From: Candidatus Woesearchaeota archaeon
GTDB lineage: Archaea > Nanobdellota > Nanobdellia > Woesearchaeales > SKGA01
Length of the DNA stretch: 64,000 bases
Reading direction: 5' to 3'
Assembly: GCA_050187915.1 (NCBI GenBank)
Contig: JBFXLI010000001.1
Location: 35,920 to 99,919, forward strand
This document shows positions 19,041 through 27,807 of the stretch, piece by piece. The position numbers and the translations under genes were made by a program. Within the stretch, counting starts at the first letter, position 1, and every line of letters starts with the position of its first letter. The notes below the pieces were generated by a model. The model was not told the origin of the DNA and did no database searches. It worked only from the letters and a program-made list of their open reading frames with translations.

Positions 19041-19763
19041 TTGCTAATTATGGATGAAATTACTCATATATCTCAAAGAGATAGTCCAAAAATCATAAAA
19101 TATCCTTTTGTATTAGTATATGACATAATGTTGCCTCATTTAGGAAATCAATATAAAATAAATCCTAAATTAAATGAAAGATTATTTCGTAATTTAAATT
19201 TTAATAGTAGAAAAATAGCTTGTGTAGATGTTCTTGAAGATATGGGTATTAAATATTTGAAGGAAGGAAAAGATAATTTTCTAGAAAAAGCTTTGGAATG
19301 TTATAGATTTTCAATTTGGACAAGATTCCGTTTTTCTTTAGAAAAGAAATTAAATCCAAATCAAATAATACCTAAAAATGAAAAAAAATTTCTTAATATT
19401 GAATCAAATTTTGAAAAAAAATTATCTAGTTATTTGGATAAATTAAATGAAAAAGATAAATTTGATTATTATAATTGGGTAGATACCTTAAGATCTATGC
19501 ATGATGATTTAAATTATCAATTTGCTAGTGGAACCTATAATACTATTGATTTTGCTAGATTATGTTTTAGATTGGGACGCTACAACGATGGTTTAAATGC
19601 AATTGAAAAATTAACTAAAAATCAAACTGAATATCAAAAAAGTCAAGGTGATTTATTATTGGCTTTGAAAAAAAAAGCGGAAAGAGAAAAATCTGAACAG
19701 CTAATTGATGTAGAATATTTAAAAGAAAAAATAAAATCAAATATTATTTATATGGAATCCTAG
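19041..19763 (+). CDS. Hypothetical protein (240 aa).
   Basis: Intact ORF, no family recognised. Confidence 0.4.
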   Translation: MLIMDEITHISQRDSPKIIKYPFVLVYDIMLPHLGNQYKINPKLNERLFRNLNFNSRKIACVDVLEDMGIKYLKEGKDNFLEKALECYRFSIWTRFRFSLEKKLNPNQIIPKNEKKFLNIESNFEKKLSSYLDKLNEKDKFDYYNWVDTLRSMHDDLNYQFASGTYNTIDFARLCFRLGRYNDGLNAIEKLTKNQTEYQKSQGDLLLALKKKAEREKSEQLIDVEYLKEKIKSNIIYMES

Positions 19764-20052
19764 TAAATTTTTTACAATTTTTACAAAATTTTATAATTTT
19801 TCCTTTTTGAACTCTTGTTCTTGAATTTTCTGGTGTTAAAACTGAGTAGCAATGTTTGCAAAATGTTCTTTTTATTTCTCTTGAAAGTCTTAATCTGAAA
19901 GTCATGGATATTTTTCTTATTAATTCCGTATATCTTTGAGCTAAATCTAAATCTGAAAGCAAATTCTCTTGTTGTTGTTTGAATAATTCTGCAATATGCT
20001 CTTTTGCCTTTATTTTTTGAAGTGACTTAAAACTAGCTTTTTTACCTGCCAT
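19744..20052 (-). CDS. rnp4: RNase P protein component Rpr2/Rpp21.
   Basis: N-terminal helical IAELFKQQQ...AQRYTELIRKI. Zinc ribbon CKHCYSVL...CKNC. Start placed at ATG 20052 (MAGKK). Confidence 0.7.
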   Translation of the reverse strand: MAGKKASFKSLQKIKAKEHIAELFKQQQENLLSDLDLAQRYTELIRKISMTFRLRLSREIKRTFCKHCYSVLTPENSRTRVQKGKIIKFCKNCKKFTRIPYK

Positions 20053-20105
20053 AAACATCAAAAAAATCAGTAAATATAAAAACTTATGCACTTTTTTAAG
20101 TTGAT

Positions 20106-20555
20106 ATGGAAGAACTTCGTAAATTTTTGAAAAATTGGGATGAAAATATAAGTTTCAATTTTGAAAATGTCATAAAAATTGGTAGAGAATACTTTTTAGT
20201 TAATAAAAATGTTAAAGAATTTATGAATAAAATAAAATTAGATGTTTTTTCAGCAGGTATTTTTCTTGGTGAAATGAAGAAAAAATTTATTCCTTCTATG
20301 GCTTTAATTGAAATGATTTCTACAGATAATAAGATTATTGTTGATGATAAAACTGCTTGGCTTTTTGCATGTGGTAGAGATATTTTTGATACTAAAGATG
20401 TGAAAAAAGAAGGAAACAGCAAACAAGTTCTTGTTTTAAATGAAAAAAGAGAAGTTTTTGGTTATGCGTTTAAGTGTAAAGATAGAGGAAAATATATTTA
20501 CAAAAATGATTTAGATATTGGTAATTATTTAAGACGAGAGAAAAGTAAAAGATAA
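20106..20555 (+). CDS. NIP7/UPF0113-like PUA-domain pre-rRNA processing protein (putative).
   Basis: ~150 aa. FLGEMKKKFIPSMALIE resembles the Nip7 fGkftKtgkFrL block. The C-terminal half is PUA-like. It is divergent from rpp21. Confidence 0.4.
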   Translation: MEELRKFLKNWDENISFNFENVIKIGREYFLVNKNVKEFMNKIKLDVFSAGIFLGEMKKKFIPSMALIEMISTDNKIIVDDKTAWLFACGRDIFDTKDVKKEGNSKQVLVLNEKREVFGYAFKCKDRGKYIYKNDLDIGNYLRREKSKR

Positions 20556-20587
20556 GTTTAAAAATAAATTTCTATTTTACTCTTTTT

Positions 20588-21139
20588 ATGTTCTATAATT
20601 TATTTAAAGAAAAAGATAAAAAAATTCAAGTAAAATTAAATTTAAATAGATTCGGAATTTTAATAGTTGATATGCAATATTCTTTTTTGAAAGAAATACA
20701 TCCAAAAAAATCAAAAGAATTGATAGAAAGACAAAGGGAATTAATTGAAATATGTGGTGAAAAAAATTATCCTGTAATAGTTGTAGAATATAGTAATCAT
20801 GGGAAAACACATAAAGATTTGAAAGAAATAATTGAAAATTTAAAATATAAATGTTTTTTAGAAAAAGAAAAAGATGATTCTTTTAAAAATACTTCTTTGA
20901 AAGGTGTATTAAAATATTATAACATAGATGATTTATTAATAACAGGCATTAGTTCTTTATTTTGTGTTAAAGACACAGTTCAAAGTGCCAGAAGATTTTT
21001 TAACAATGTAATAACATCCAAAGATTTAATGGAAGTACAAGCTTATTTTGTAAACAGAGTTGATGTAGAATTGAAGTGGTATAGAGAAAATACAATTTAT
21101 TTTGAAGATTATAAAAAAATAATAAGTTTAATTCGATAA
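20588..21139 (+). CDS. Isochorismatase-family cysteine hydrolase (nicotinamidase-like).
   Basis: ILIVDMQYSF (Asp), and LLITGISSLFCVKDT (catalytic Cys in the VxxG..C.V context). Confidence 0.5.
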   Translation: MFYNLFKEKDKKIQVKLNLNRFGILIVDMQYSFLKEIHPKKSKELIERQRELIEICGEKNYPVIVVEYSNHGKTHKDLKEIIENLKYKCFLEKEKDDSFKNTSLKGVLKYYNIDDLLITGISSLFCVKDTVQSARRFFNNVITSKDLMEVQAYFVNRVDVELKWYRENTIYFEDYKKIISLIR

Positions 21140-22249
21140 TACTTCAATTCCTGGTAGTTTTTTTCCAGATAATAATTCTAATGAAGCACCACCACCTGTT
21201 GAAACATGTGTAAAGTTATATTTTTTTACTGCTGATGCTGTATCTCCACCACAAATTATTGTTTTTGCATTTAATTTAGAAATAAATTTAGCGATTTCAT
21301 TTGTTCCTTTATCATAAGGTTTTTTTTCAAACATTCCTAATGTTCCATTCCAAATTATTGTTTTTGCATCTTTTAAAACTGCTTTAAATAATTTAATGGA
21401 TTGTTTTCCAACATCATAACAATACATTTGTTTTGGTATTTCATCAAAAGGCATATTTAAAATTATTTTGTTGTCTGATATTTGTCCGCTTAAATCTACA
21501 GGAAATATTATTTTGTCGGAATATTTTTTATAAATTTCATTTGCTTCTTTAACTAATTTTTCTTCATAAAGAGATTTTCCAATTTCTAAACCAAATGATT
21601 TAAAGAAAGTAAATTCGCTTGCTCCTGCAATTATTAACTTATCAACTTTTTTCAAAAGTTCTTTTAATAAAGGTAATTTGTCGGAGATTTTTGCTGCTCC
21701 AAATATAGCAACAATAGGAGATTTTTGATTTTTTAAAGTTACATGTTCTACTTCTTTCATTACTAAAAATCCTGCATAGGAAGGCAATAATTTAGCTAAA
21801 TTATACATTGATGCATCTTTTCTATGGCTTGTTCCAAAGGCATCATTTATGTAAATATCTGCAAATTTAGAAAGTTTTTTTGCAAAAGTTAAACTTCCTT
21901 TTTGTTCTCCATCATCAAATCTTAGATTTTCAATTAAAATTATTTGTTTATCCTTAGGAATTTCTTCATTAAAATTAGTGTGAAAATAAATTTCTTCTTT
22001 AATATATTTTTTTAAAATTTTAATTATTGGTTTTAAAGAATATTTTTCTTCAATTCCAGTAGGTCTTCCTAAATGACTTGCTAAAATTATTTGCTTTGGA
22101 TTTTTTTTAAGAATGTAGTTTATAGTTTCAAGAGATGATTTTATTCTTAAATCATCGCTAACTTTTCCATTTTCGATTGGAACGTTAAAATCACACCTTA
22201 CAAAAACTTTTTTGTTTTTTAAATTTGCTTGGTTTATTGTTCTTAACAT
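21128..22249 (-). CDS. pgk: Phosphoglycerate kinase.
   Basis: VFVRCDFNVP, HLGRP, and GGGAS plus C-terminal hinge motifs. 373 aa. Confidence 0.9.
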   Translation of the reverse strand: MLRTINQANLKNKKVFVRCDFNVPIENGKVSDDLRIKSSLETINYILKKNPKQIILASHLGRPTGIEEKYSLKPIIKILKKYIKEEIYFHTNFNEEIPKDKQIILIENLRFDDGEQKGSLTFAKKLSKFADIYINDAFGTSHRKDASMYNLAKLLPSYAGFLVMKEVEHVTLKNQKSPIVAIFGAAKISDKLPLLKELLKKVDKLIIAGASEFTFFKSFGLEIGKSLYEEKLVKEANEIYKKYSDKIIFPVDLSGQISDNKIILNMPFDEIPKQMYCYDVGKQSIKLFKAVLKDAKTIIWNGTLGMFEKKPYDKGTNEIAKFISKLNAKTIICGGDTASAVKKYNFTHVSTGGGASLELLSGKKLPGIEVLSN

Positions 22250-22278
22250 AATAAAATTTAGATTTACATATATATAAA

Positions 22279-22590
22279 TTAATTCTTTTTGAAATAATTT
22301 ACTATTCTTTCATTTAATTTTGGATTTGATTGTTTACCTAATTTATAATATACTTTTCTTGTGGTTGTTCCCCAAGAGAAATTTCCTTTTTCATCTACAA
22401 CATTTTCAATTTCAAATAGTTCCATAACTACTCCTTTTTGAAGTTGATAATAAATATTTCTTCGAGAAGTATTTGGAAATAATTTAACATAATATTTATG
22501 TAAATTGTATGCAGTTTCTTTGCCTAAAACAAATAAAAGTTCAATAATATTATCTCTAACTAAACTTTTACTTGGTCTTCCTCTAGTCAT
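22279..22590 (-). CDS. Small winged-helix (PadR-like) putative transcription regulator.
   Basis: RGRPSK..IIELLFVLGKETAYNLHKYYVKLFPNTSRRNIYYQLQKGVVMEL has a PadR-like HTH plus wing pattern. Start placed at MTRGRPSK. Confidence 0.35.
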   Translation of the reverse strand: MTRGRPSKSLVRDNIIELLFVLGKETAYNLHKYYVKLFPNTSRRNIYYQLQKGVVMELFEIENVVDEKGNFSWGTTTRKVYYKLGKQSNPKLNERIVNYFKKN

Positions 22591-22610
22591 AATGAAAATA
22601 AAATAAAAAA

Positions 22611-22808
22611 CTAACATTTCTTAAAGTTAGCTACAGTGTCTATTAAATCAACATGTCCTAAAAATATTGCTCTGCAACAATATCTATCTAAACCAAGTTC
22701 ATCTAAAACAGTTTTTCTTTCTTCACCTTGTTCAACTCTTTTTTTAAAGTCTTCCCAAAGGTGTCCTATTGGTTTCCCACAACTCATGCAACGAATTGGA
22801 ACAATCAT
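22611..22808 (-). CDS. rpoN: DNA-directed RNA polymerase subunit N (RpoN/Rpb10).
   Basis: MIVPIRCMSCGKPIG...RYCCR (CxxC...CC zinc bundle), 65 aa. Confidence 0.85.
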   Translation of the reverse strand: MIVPIRCMSCGKPIGHLWEDFKKRVEQGEERKTVLDELGLDRYCCRAIFLGHVDLIDTVANFKKC

Positions 22809-22869
22809 TTTTTATCCTCTTTTAAAAAACACATAAAATGTGTCAAAAATAAATTTTTGAAACAAAAAT

Positions 22870-23274
22870 CTAACGATAAGATTTTTGTCTTTTAGCTCTT
22901 GCTTTTCCGTGACTATTTGGTTTACTTGATTCTTTTCTTCTTATATCTGCAACTAAAAGTAATCTATCATAATTTAGAAATTCTTCTTTTAGTTTTGGTT
23001 CAGCTTCAACTAATCCTCTTGCTATTGCTAATCTTGCTGCAATAGTTTGACTCATAACTCCACCACCAGATATATTTAATGAAATATCATATTTTTGAGC
23101 AACTTTACCTGCAATTATTAAAGGTTCTTGTAATTTTAATCTTGCAATTTCTGGTGTAAATACATTTAAATTTAAATTATTTATTTTTACTAAGCCAGTA
23201 CCTTTATTTATTGTAGCTCTTGCAATTGCACTTTTTCTTTTTCCACTTGACATTATTGCTTTCATGAATATCAC
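22870..23274 (-). CDS. rps9: 30S ribosomal protein S9.
   Basis: GKRKSAIARA...GGG...QTIAARLAIARGL...RRKESSKPNSHGKARAKRQKSYR. Confidence 0.9.
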   Translation of the reverse strand: MIFMKAIMSSGKRKSAIARATINKGTGLVKINNLNLNVFTPEIARLKLQEPLIIAGKVAQKYDISLNISGGGVMSQTIAARLAIARGLVEAEPKLKEEFLNYDRLLLVADIRRKESSKPNSHGKARAKRQKSYR

Positions 23275-23682
23275 CTAATTATATTTCAATGCTTCTTCTA
23301 AAGTTATATATTTCAGTGTTTTGAATTTTTCTACTGAACAATCTGGTAACTCGAATATTTTTGCATCTTTAAATTCTTCTGGTACTCCTTTGAAACATAA
23401 AACTCTTTTGAAAGCTTCTGTTCCTTTTGTTTGATGATGAGGTAACATTCCTCTTATTACTCTTCTTACATATCTATCAGGTAATTTTGGCATGAAAGGT
23501 CCTTTTGTTGGAATTCCCATTTCTCTGTCTCGTTTAAAATCTGCTAATATTTTTTTACGTGTTCCTGATATGATTGCTTTTTCAGCATTTATGATTCTAA
23601 CATCTTGTCCTAACAAAGCTTGTTTTGCAGCATATGTAGCAAATCTTCCTAATACTAAATTTTTTGCATCTATAACTATCAT
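23275..23682 (-). CDS. rpl13: 50S ribosomal protein L13.
   Basis: IVIDAKNLVLGRFATYAAKQALLGQDVRIINAEKA, the archaeal L13 signature. Confidence 0.9.
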   Translation of the reverse strand: MIVIDAKNLVLGRFATYAAKQALLGQDVRIINAEKAIISGTRKKILADFKRDREMGIPTKGPFMPKLPDRYVRRVIRGMLPHHQTKGTEAFKRVLCFKGVPEEFKDAKIFELPDCSVEKFKTLKYITLEEALKYN

Positions 23683-23687
23683 TTTAT

Positions 23688-24080
23688 TTACCCCATCAAT
23701 TTGACTTTACTTGCTTTTGGATTTTTTTCCATAAGTTGTTCTATAGTCAATATTTCGCCTTTTGCCGCTAAAATTTTATCTTTAGCTGATTCAGATAAAG
23801 ATAATGCAACAATAGTTAATTTCTTTGTAAGATCACCAGTACCTAAGACTTTTCCTGGTACTAAAACTAAATCTCCTTCTTTTGCGTATTTTTCTAATTT
23901 GAATATGTTAACTTCTCGCTTTGTATTTGTAGGTCTCTCTAATTCTGTTGCTACTTTTTTCCAAAATGGAACTTTGTTTTCAATAGCAAGTGTTTTCAAA
24001 TCAGTTATTACTCGCATCAAATAGTTGTTTTTTATGTGTTTCATGGGTACATCCCTTCTTTTGTTTTTTGTTGTTTTCAC
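23688..24080 (-). CDS. rpl18e: 50S ribosomal protein L18e.
   Basis: Position in the S13-operon block. KVNIFKLEKYAKEGDLVLVPGKVLGTG matches L18e. Confidence 0.8.
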   Translation of the reverse strand: MKTTKNKRRDVPMKHIKNNYLMRVITDLKTLAIENKVPFWKKVATELERPTNTKREVNIFKLEKYAKEGDLVLVPGKVLGTGDLTKKLTIVALSLSESAKDKILAAKGEILTIEQLMEKNPKASKVKLMG

Positions 24081-24132
24081 AACACAAATGCATTAAGCAT
24101 TTTCGCCGATTGATAATCGACTTGATTTTAAT

Positions 24133-24909
24133 TTATTCTTTTACAAGTTTTACAAATGTATCTAATTGTTTATCGAACATTTCAATTGCACTTAAAACAA
24201 TTTCTTTTGGTGTTAAAAAACCAAATGATTCTAAAATAAATACAAATGAATTTGGATTATATGTTATTGAAACTATATCTGTTTCAACATCTGAACATGC
24301 ATCCATTAATTGAGGTGTATTTATCAAACTTGCATCAATTTCTCCTTTTTTATTAAATACTTGAGGTGGAAATTTATCTTTGAATTCATCAAATTTTTTG
24401 CTTTTGTTGTTAACTTTTATAGTTGGTTCATTGTAGTACCAAACTAAACCTGGATTCCATTTAGAATGTTCTTTTCCTAGTCCAAGTTTTGCAACTGCTT
24501 CTAATTTTAGTTTTTGTCCTTCTAATAATTTTGTTATTATTGTTTCTGGATATACAGGAACAACTTTTGGATCTGAAGAAACTAAATCTTTTGCATAAAC
24601 TGTTCTTGGACCTTCAACTTCCATTGTTAATTTCAATTGACATTGAGCACATCCTACTCCTTTACAACTGCAAACACTTGACATATTGTATGATTTCAAA
24701 TCAGTTTTTAAAACAATTAATCCTAAACGATGAGCTAAGATTTCATCAAATAAAACTGAATCATTTTTATAAAATGTTACATCATCAATTGCCATTGTAG
24801 GAACTTCAGATAACATTAATCTTCTTAATGTATTCGCATACGCTGCAGTAACATCACTTAAGGTGAAACTAATTTTATCTTTTGTTTGTTCCATAATTTT
24901 TAAATTCAT
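24133..24909 (-). CDS. rpoD: DNA-directed RNA polymerase subunit D (RpoD/Rpb3-like).
   Basis: ANTLRRLMLSEVPTMAIDDV, and a 4Fe-4S-like Cys cluster SVCSCKGVGCAQCQ in the insert domain. Confidence 0.85.
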   Translation of the reverse strand: MNLKIMEQTKDKISFTLSDVTAAYANTLRRLMLSEVPTMAIDDVTFYKNDSVLFDEILAHRLGLIVLKTDLKSYNMSSVCSCKGVGCAQCQLKLTMEVEGPRTVYAKDLVSSDPKVVPVYPETIITKLLEGQKLKLEAVAKLGLGKEHSKWNPGLVWYYNEPTIKVNNKSKKFDEFKDKFPPQVFNKKGEIDASLINTPQLMDACSDVETDIVSITYNPNSFVFILESFGFLTPKEIVLSAIEMFDKQLDTFVKLVKE

Positions 24910-24963
24910 TTTTATTGCCTCAAATTTTTTTAAATTTAAGATGCAAAAGCATCTTTTGCAAGT

Positions 24964-25413
24964 TTAAGGACGACGTCCTCTTTTACCACCTTTCTTTCTA
25001 CATCCTCCATGAGGAATGGGTGTTACATCTTCAATGAAACCAATTCTTAATCCCATTCTTGAAAGCGCTCTAACTGCTGCTTGAGAACCTGGACCTGGAT
25101 TCATTGGACCATTGTGTCCACCTGGTGCTCTTACTTTTATGTGTAAGCCAGATAAACCTTTTTCTTTAGCTATTTCTGCAACTTTTTTTGCTGCAGTCAT
25201 TGCTGCTGTTGGACTTGATTCTAATCTATCTGATTTTACAACTTGTCCACCAGATGCTAAAGTAATAGTTTCTGAACCAGTTATGTCTGTAACGTGAATT
25301 ATTGTGTTGTTATATGAAGCATATATATGAACTATTCCCCAACGAATATCTGATTTATGATCTTTGTTAGTGTGTTCTTTGCTTACTGCTGGTTTTTCTT
25401 CAGTGTTACTCAT
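24964..25413 (-). CDS. rps11: 30S ribosomal protein S11.
   Basis: [18 protein letters not shown]...[15 protein letters not shown]...[11 protein letters not shown]. Confidence 0.9.
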   Translation of the reverse strand: MSNTEEKPAVSKEHTNKDHKSDIRWGIVHIYASYNNTIIHVTDITGSETITLASGGQVVKSDRLESSPTAAMTAAKKVAEIAKEKGLSGLHIKVRAPGGHNGPMNPGPGSQAAVRALSRMGLRIGFIEDVTPIPHGGCRKKGGKRGRRP

Positions 25414-26099
25414 TGTTCATCACCTTTAATTTCATTTTTTGTTTCCATTGGTTTAACTTCTTTAACAACTTCATCAACATCTTCTATATCTGAACCATCA
25501 TCTAATAATTCATCTTTTATTTTAACTTTTTTAGATTTAGTTTTTGATTCTTTTTCAACTTCTTTTTTCATTTCTAAATCTTCTTTAGGTAAAGCTCTTT
25601 CTGGATGACTTCCATTGAACAATGCTGATTTTGAAGAAAATTCAATTGATTGTTCTTCATTTAATGAAACTATATATGAAGGAGATGTTAATTTTTTTCC
25701 TTCAATTAATACATGTTCATGAACTATGAATTGTCTTGCTTGTAATGGAGTTCTTGCTAAACCTTTTTTATAAACAATTGTTTGCAATCTTCTTTCCATT
25801 AAATCATCTAAAGTTAATCCTAAAACTGAATCAAAATCAACTTCACCTTTTACTAAACCTAATTCTTTAACTCTATCAAATAAATGTTTTGTTTCTATTT
25901 CAGATTGTTTAGTTCTAAGAATAATTAATTTTTTAGCTCTATTTTTGAAATTTTTCAAAATAGTTTCCATTTTCCAAATTTCTTTTTTGTTTCTAGTACC
26001 ATACTCTGTTCTTATACGTCTTTCATCAATGATTCTTGCTTTAATCCAAGGATGTCTTGGAGTATTATATTTTTTACGAATTTTTTTTGGATCTCCCAT
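25410..26099 (-). CDS. rps4: 30S ribosomal protein S4 (S4/S9e type), with a ~55-aa acidic/lysine-rich C-terminal extension.
   Basis: S4 domain [25 protein letters not shown]. The C-terminus is [41 protein letters not shown]. Confidence 0.85.
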   Translation of the reverse strand: MGDPKKIRKKYNTPRHPWIKARIIDERRIRTEYGTRNKKEIWKMETILKNFKNRAKKLIILRTKQSEIETKHLFDRVKELGLVKGEVDFDSVLGLTLDDLMERRLQTIVYKKGLARTPLQARQFIVHEHVLIEGKKLTSPSYIVSLNEEQSIEFSSKSALFNGSHPERALPKEDLEMKKEVEKESKTKSKKVKIKDELLDDGSDIEDVDEVVKEVKPMETKNEIKGDEQ

Positions 26100-26110
26100 T
26101 TCACTTCACC

Positions 26111-26572
26111 TTATTTTCTCACTGTTGTTTTTTTCTTAACTGCAGTGCTTTTTCCTTTATTTGGACGGAAATTGGATCTTGTTCTTTGTCCTCTAACAGG
26201 CAATCTCCATTGGTGTCTTAATCCTTTATTTGATTTTATCATTTTTTGACGTTTAATATCGCCATCTTTAATAAAGTCTAAATCTGCTAAATAAATATGC
26301 ATATCTTCGCCAGTTTCATAATCTTTTTGTCTGTTTAAGAAATAATTAGGCATTCCTGCACTTATAGGATTTTTCAAAACTTTTTCAAGTTTTTCAACAT
26401 CTTTGTCTGTTAAATCACCAGCTTTCATACTAACGTCTAATCCAGCTAATTTACATGTTGCCTGAGCAAACATATCTCCAACGCCTTTAATCTTTTGTAA
26501 AGCAAGATAAAGTTGTTTTTCACCTTTAATATCGGTGTTCATTACCCTTACTATGTGTCTAAATTCTACCAT
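26111..26572 (-). CDS. rps13: 30S ribosomal protein S13.
   Basis: FRHIVRVMNTDIKGEK...ALQKIKGVG...GQRTRSNFRPNKGK. Start set at ATG 26572; the track extends to 26623. Confidence 0.85.
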   Translation of the reverse strand: MVEFRHIVRVMNTDIKGEKQLYLALQKIKGVGDMFAQATCKLAGLDVSMKAGDLTDKDVEKLEKVLKNPISAGMPNYFLNRQKDYETGEDMHIYLADLDFIKDGDIKRQKMIKSNKGLRHQWRLPVRGQRTRSNFRPNKGKSTAVKKKTTVRK

Positions 26573-26742
26573 ATCAATCACATTTTTATTTTTTAGCCAA
26601 AATTCTGTGTAAAATTTTAGCAACCAAGAAATCGCATATAAAGAAAATCCTATACGCGTTAACTCGGATTTATATAATTAAGAAATTTCATTAATTTATA
26701 AAGGTTTGGTTATAATGTTCACTTATAAATTCAAATAAAACG

Positions 26743-26817
26743 GGCAGGGCCTGGGATTTGAACCCAAACTAGAAGATCCACAGTCTTCTGTGCTAACCAG
26801 ATTACACTAACCCCACC
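26743..26817 (-). tRNA. tRNA-His (anticodon GUG), with the G-1 residue genomically encoded and no encoded CCA.
   Basis: The minus strand reads G(-1)-GTGGGGT-TA-GTGT-AATCTGGTTA-GCAC-A-GAAGA-CTGTGGA-TCTTC-TAGTT-TTGGG-TTCAAAT-CCCAG-GCCCTGC-C. The cloverleaf folds: acceptor 7 bp (three G.U pairs), D arm 4 bp, anticodon stem GAAGA/TCTTC with loop CTGTGGA (U33, GTG at 34-36, G37), T arm TTGGG/CCCAG with a TTCAAAT loop, and discriminator C73 pairing G-1. A TATA-like TTTATAT sits ~25 nt upstream. Confidence 0.8.
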
Positions 26818-26857
26818 AGAAGTTAGAATATAAAGAAAAATTATGTTGTTTTTAAAG

Positions 26858-26989
26858 GTTACGAGTGAAATAAGTAACCTAGGAATGTTAATGAGTATGG
26901 TTTTGAAGAACGTAGTTCGAAAAACTTAGGAACGTCAGTGAGTATTGTTACGAGTGAAATAAGTAACCTAGGAATATTAATGAGTAGAG
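26858..26989. repeat. Degenerate tandem/direct repeat (~89-bp period, two 43-bp copies plus a partial internal copy) between the Lrp gene and tRNA-His.
   Basis: GTTACGAGTGAAATAAGTAACCTAGGAAT[G/A]TTAATGAGTA occurs at 26858-26900 and again at 26947-26989. The 46-bp stretch between them holds a third degenerate half-copy (TAGGAACGTCAGTGAGTATTG). Each unit contains a hairpin GTTAC-N11-GTAAC. Confidence 0.5.
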
Positions 26990-27148
26990 TTATGATGAAA
27001 TTAAATTAAAGAAAATAATGGAAATGTATTTTCAAGCTAAAATACGGGTAGTAATTATGTTTTTTCATTATTTATGTTTGTTTGTTAACTTATCTTTCTT
27101 ATTTAAACACAATTGGTTGCTTGAAAATACACCCAAAATTATAACAAA

Positions 27149-27631
27149 TTAATAATTTGCATGTAATATTGGATTAAATTCCATAAATCCTTCTCGTTTA
27201 ATATCCTCTAATATGAAGTATTCTTTTGATTTCTTTAAATTGTAAGTTGAAATGTCTTTGAAGAATTTATCAAAAGAAGACATATTTTCAAATATAGCTT
27301 CGATTAAAAAATCAAAACCATTATTTATTCTAAATATGTTATTAACACTTTGATGTTTTTCTAAAAATGTCTTCAATTCTTCTGTTTTTTCAACTTTTAA
27401 CAACAATTGAGCCCTTATATCAAAACCTAATTCTCTGAAATTTAACAAAGATGTATGTTTTTTTATCAAATGTTGTTCTTCAAGTGTTTTGAGCTTCTCA
27501 AATAAAGTGCTCACAGGAATTCTTGTTTTCTTACTTAGATCGGTCAATCGAACTCTTGAGTTAGCTCGAAAGTGTCGAATTATGTCCGAATACTTGTCGA
27601 ATGATTCCATATTACAATTACTTTCTTTCAA
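27149..27631 (-). CDS. Lrp/AsnC-family transcriptional regulator.
   Basis: N-terminal HTH (ANSRVRLTDLSKKTRIPVSTLFEKLKTLEEQHLI). C-terminal RAM/AsnC domain (DIRAQLLLKV...). Confidence 0.8.
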   Translation of the reverse strand: MKESNCNMESFDKYSDIIRHFRANSRVRLTDLSKKTRIPVSTLFEKLKTLEEQHLIKKHTSLLNFRELGFDIRAQLLLKVEKTEELKTFLEKHQSVNNIFRINNGFDFLIEAIFENMSSFDKFFKDISTYNLKKSKEYFILEDIKREGFMEFNPILHANY

Positions 27632-27807
27632 AAATATATAAACATTTTTTATGAAATTTAATGTTTGTTTCAGTAATTTCCTGAAACAAAAGCCATTTTT
27701 TTGTTTTATTTATAAATAAATCATTAGTTTTTCTATTTTTGTTTCAGAAATTATTTTGTTTCAGTAATTTTCAGAACATTTATAAACTTAGTAGTAATTA
27801 AAACTAT
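27632..27807. promoter_or_regulatory. Divergent promoter region with repeated GTTTCAG half-sites (putative Lrp operator) and TATA boxes.
   Basis: TGTTTCAGTAATTTCCTGAAACAAA is a 7-bp inverted repeat, with further copies TTGTTTCAGAAATT and TTGTTTCAGTAATTTTCAGAAC. A TTTATAAA TATA-like element sits ~25 bp upstream of the ATG at 27808, so the mRNA is leaderless. Confidence 0.4.

Noticed and set aside
20096-20422. 108-aa minus ORF and other short antisense ORFs in the track (e.g. 2299-2481, 5417-5602, 6404-6646, 12446-12730, 23492-24313 set, 25112-25608, 37121-37903 set, 40245-40743).
   Set aside because: Each lies entirely inside, and antisense to, a gene with strong family motifs. They are poly-L/F/I low-complexity products expected from AT-rich antisense frames.
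26858-26989. Possible mini-CRISPR array (two ~43-bp repeats with a 46-bp spacer).
   Set aside because: Only two repeats. The 'spacer' contains a degenerate copy of the repeat half, and the repeat ends diverge. No cas genes nearby. Better described as a degenerate tandem repeat.
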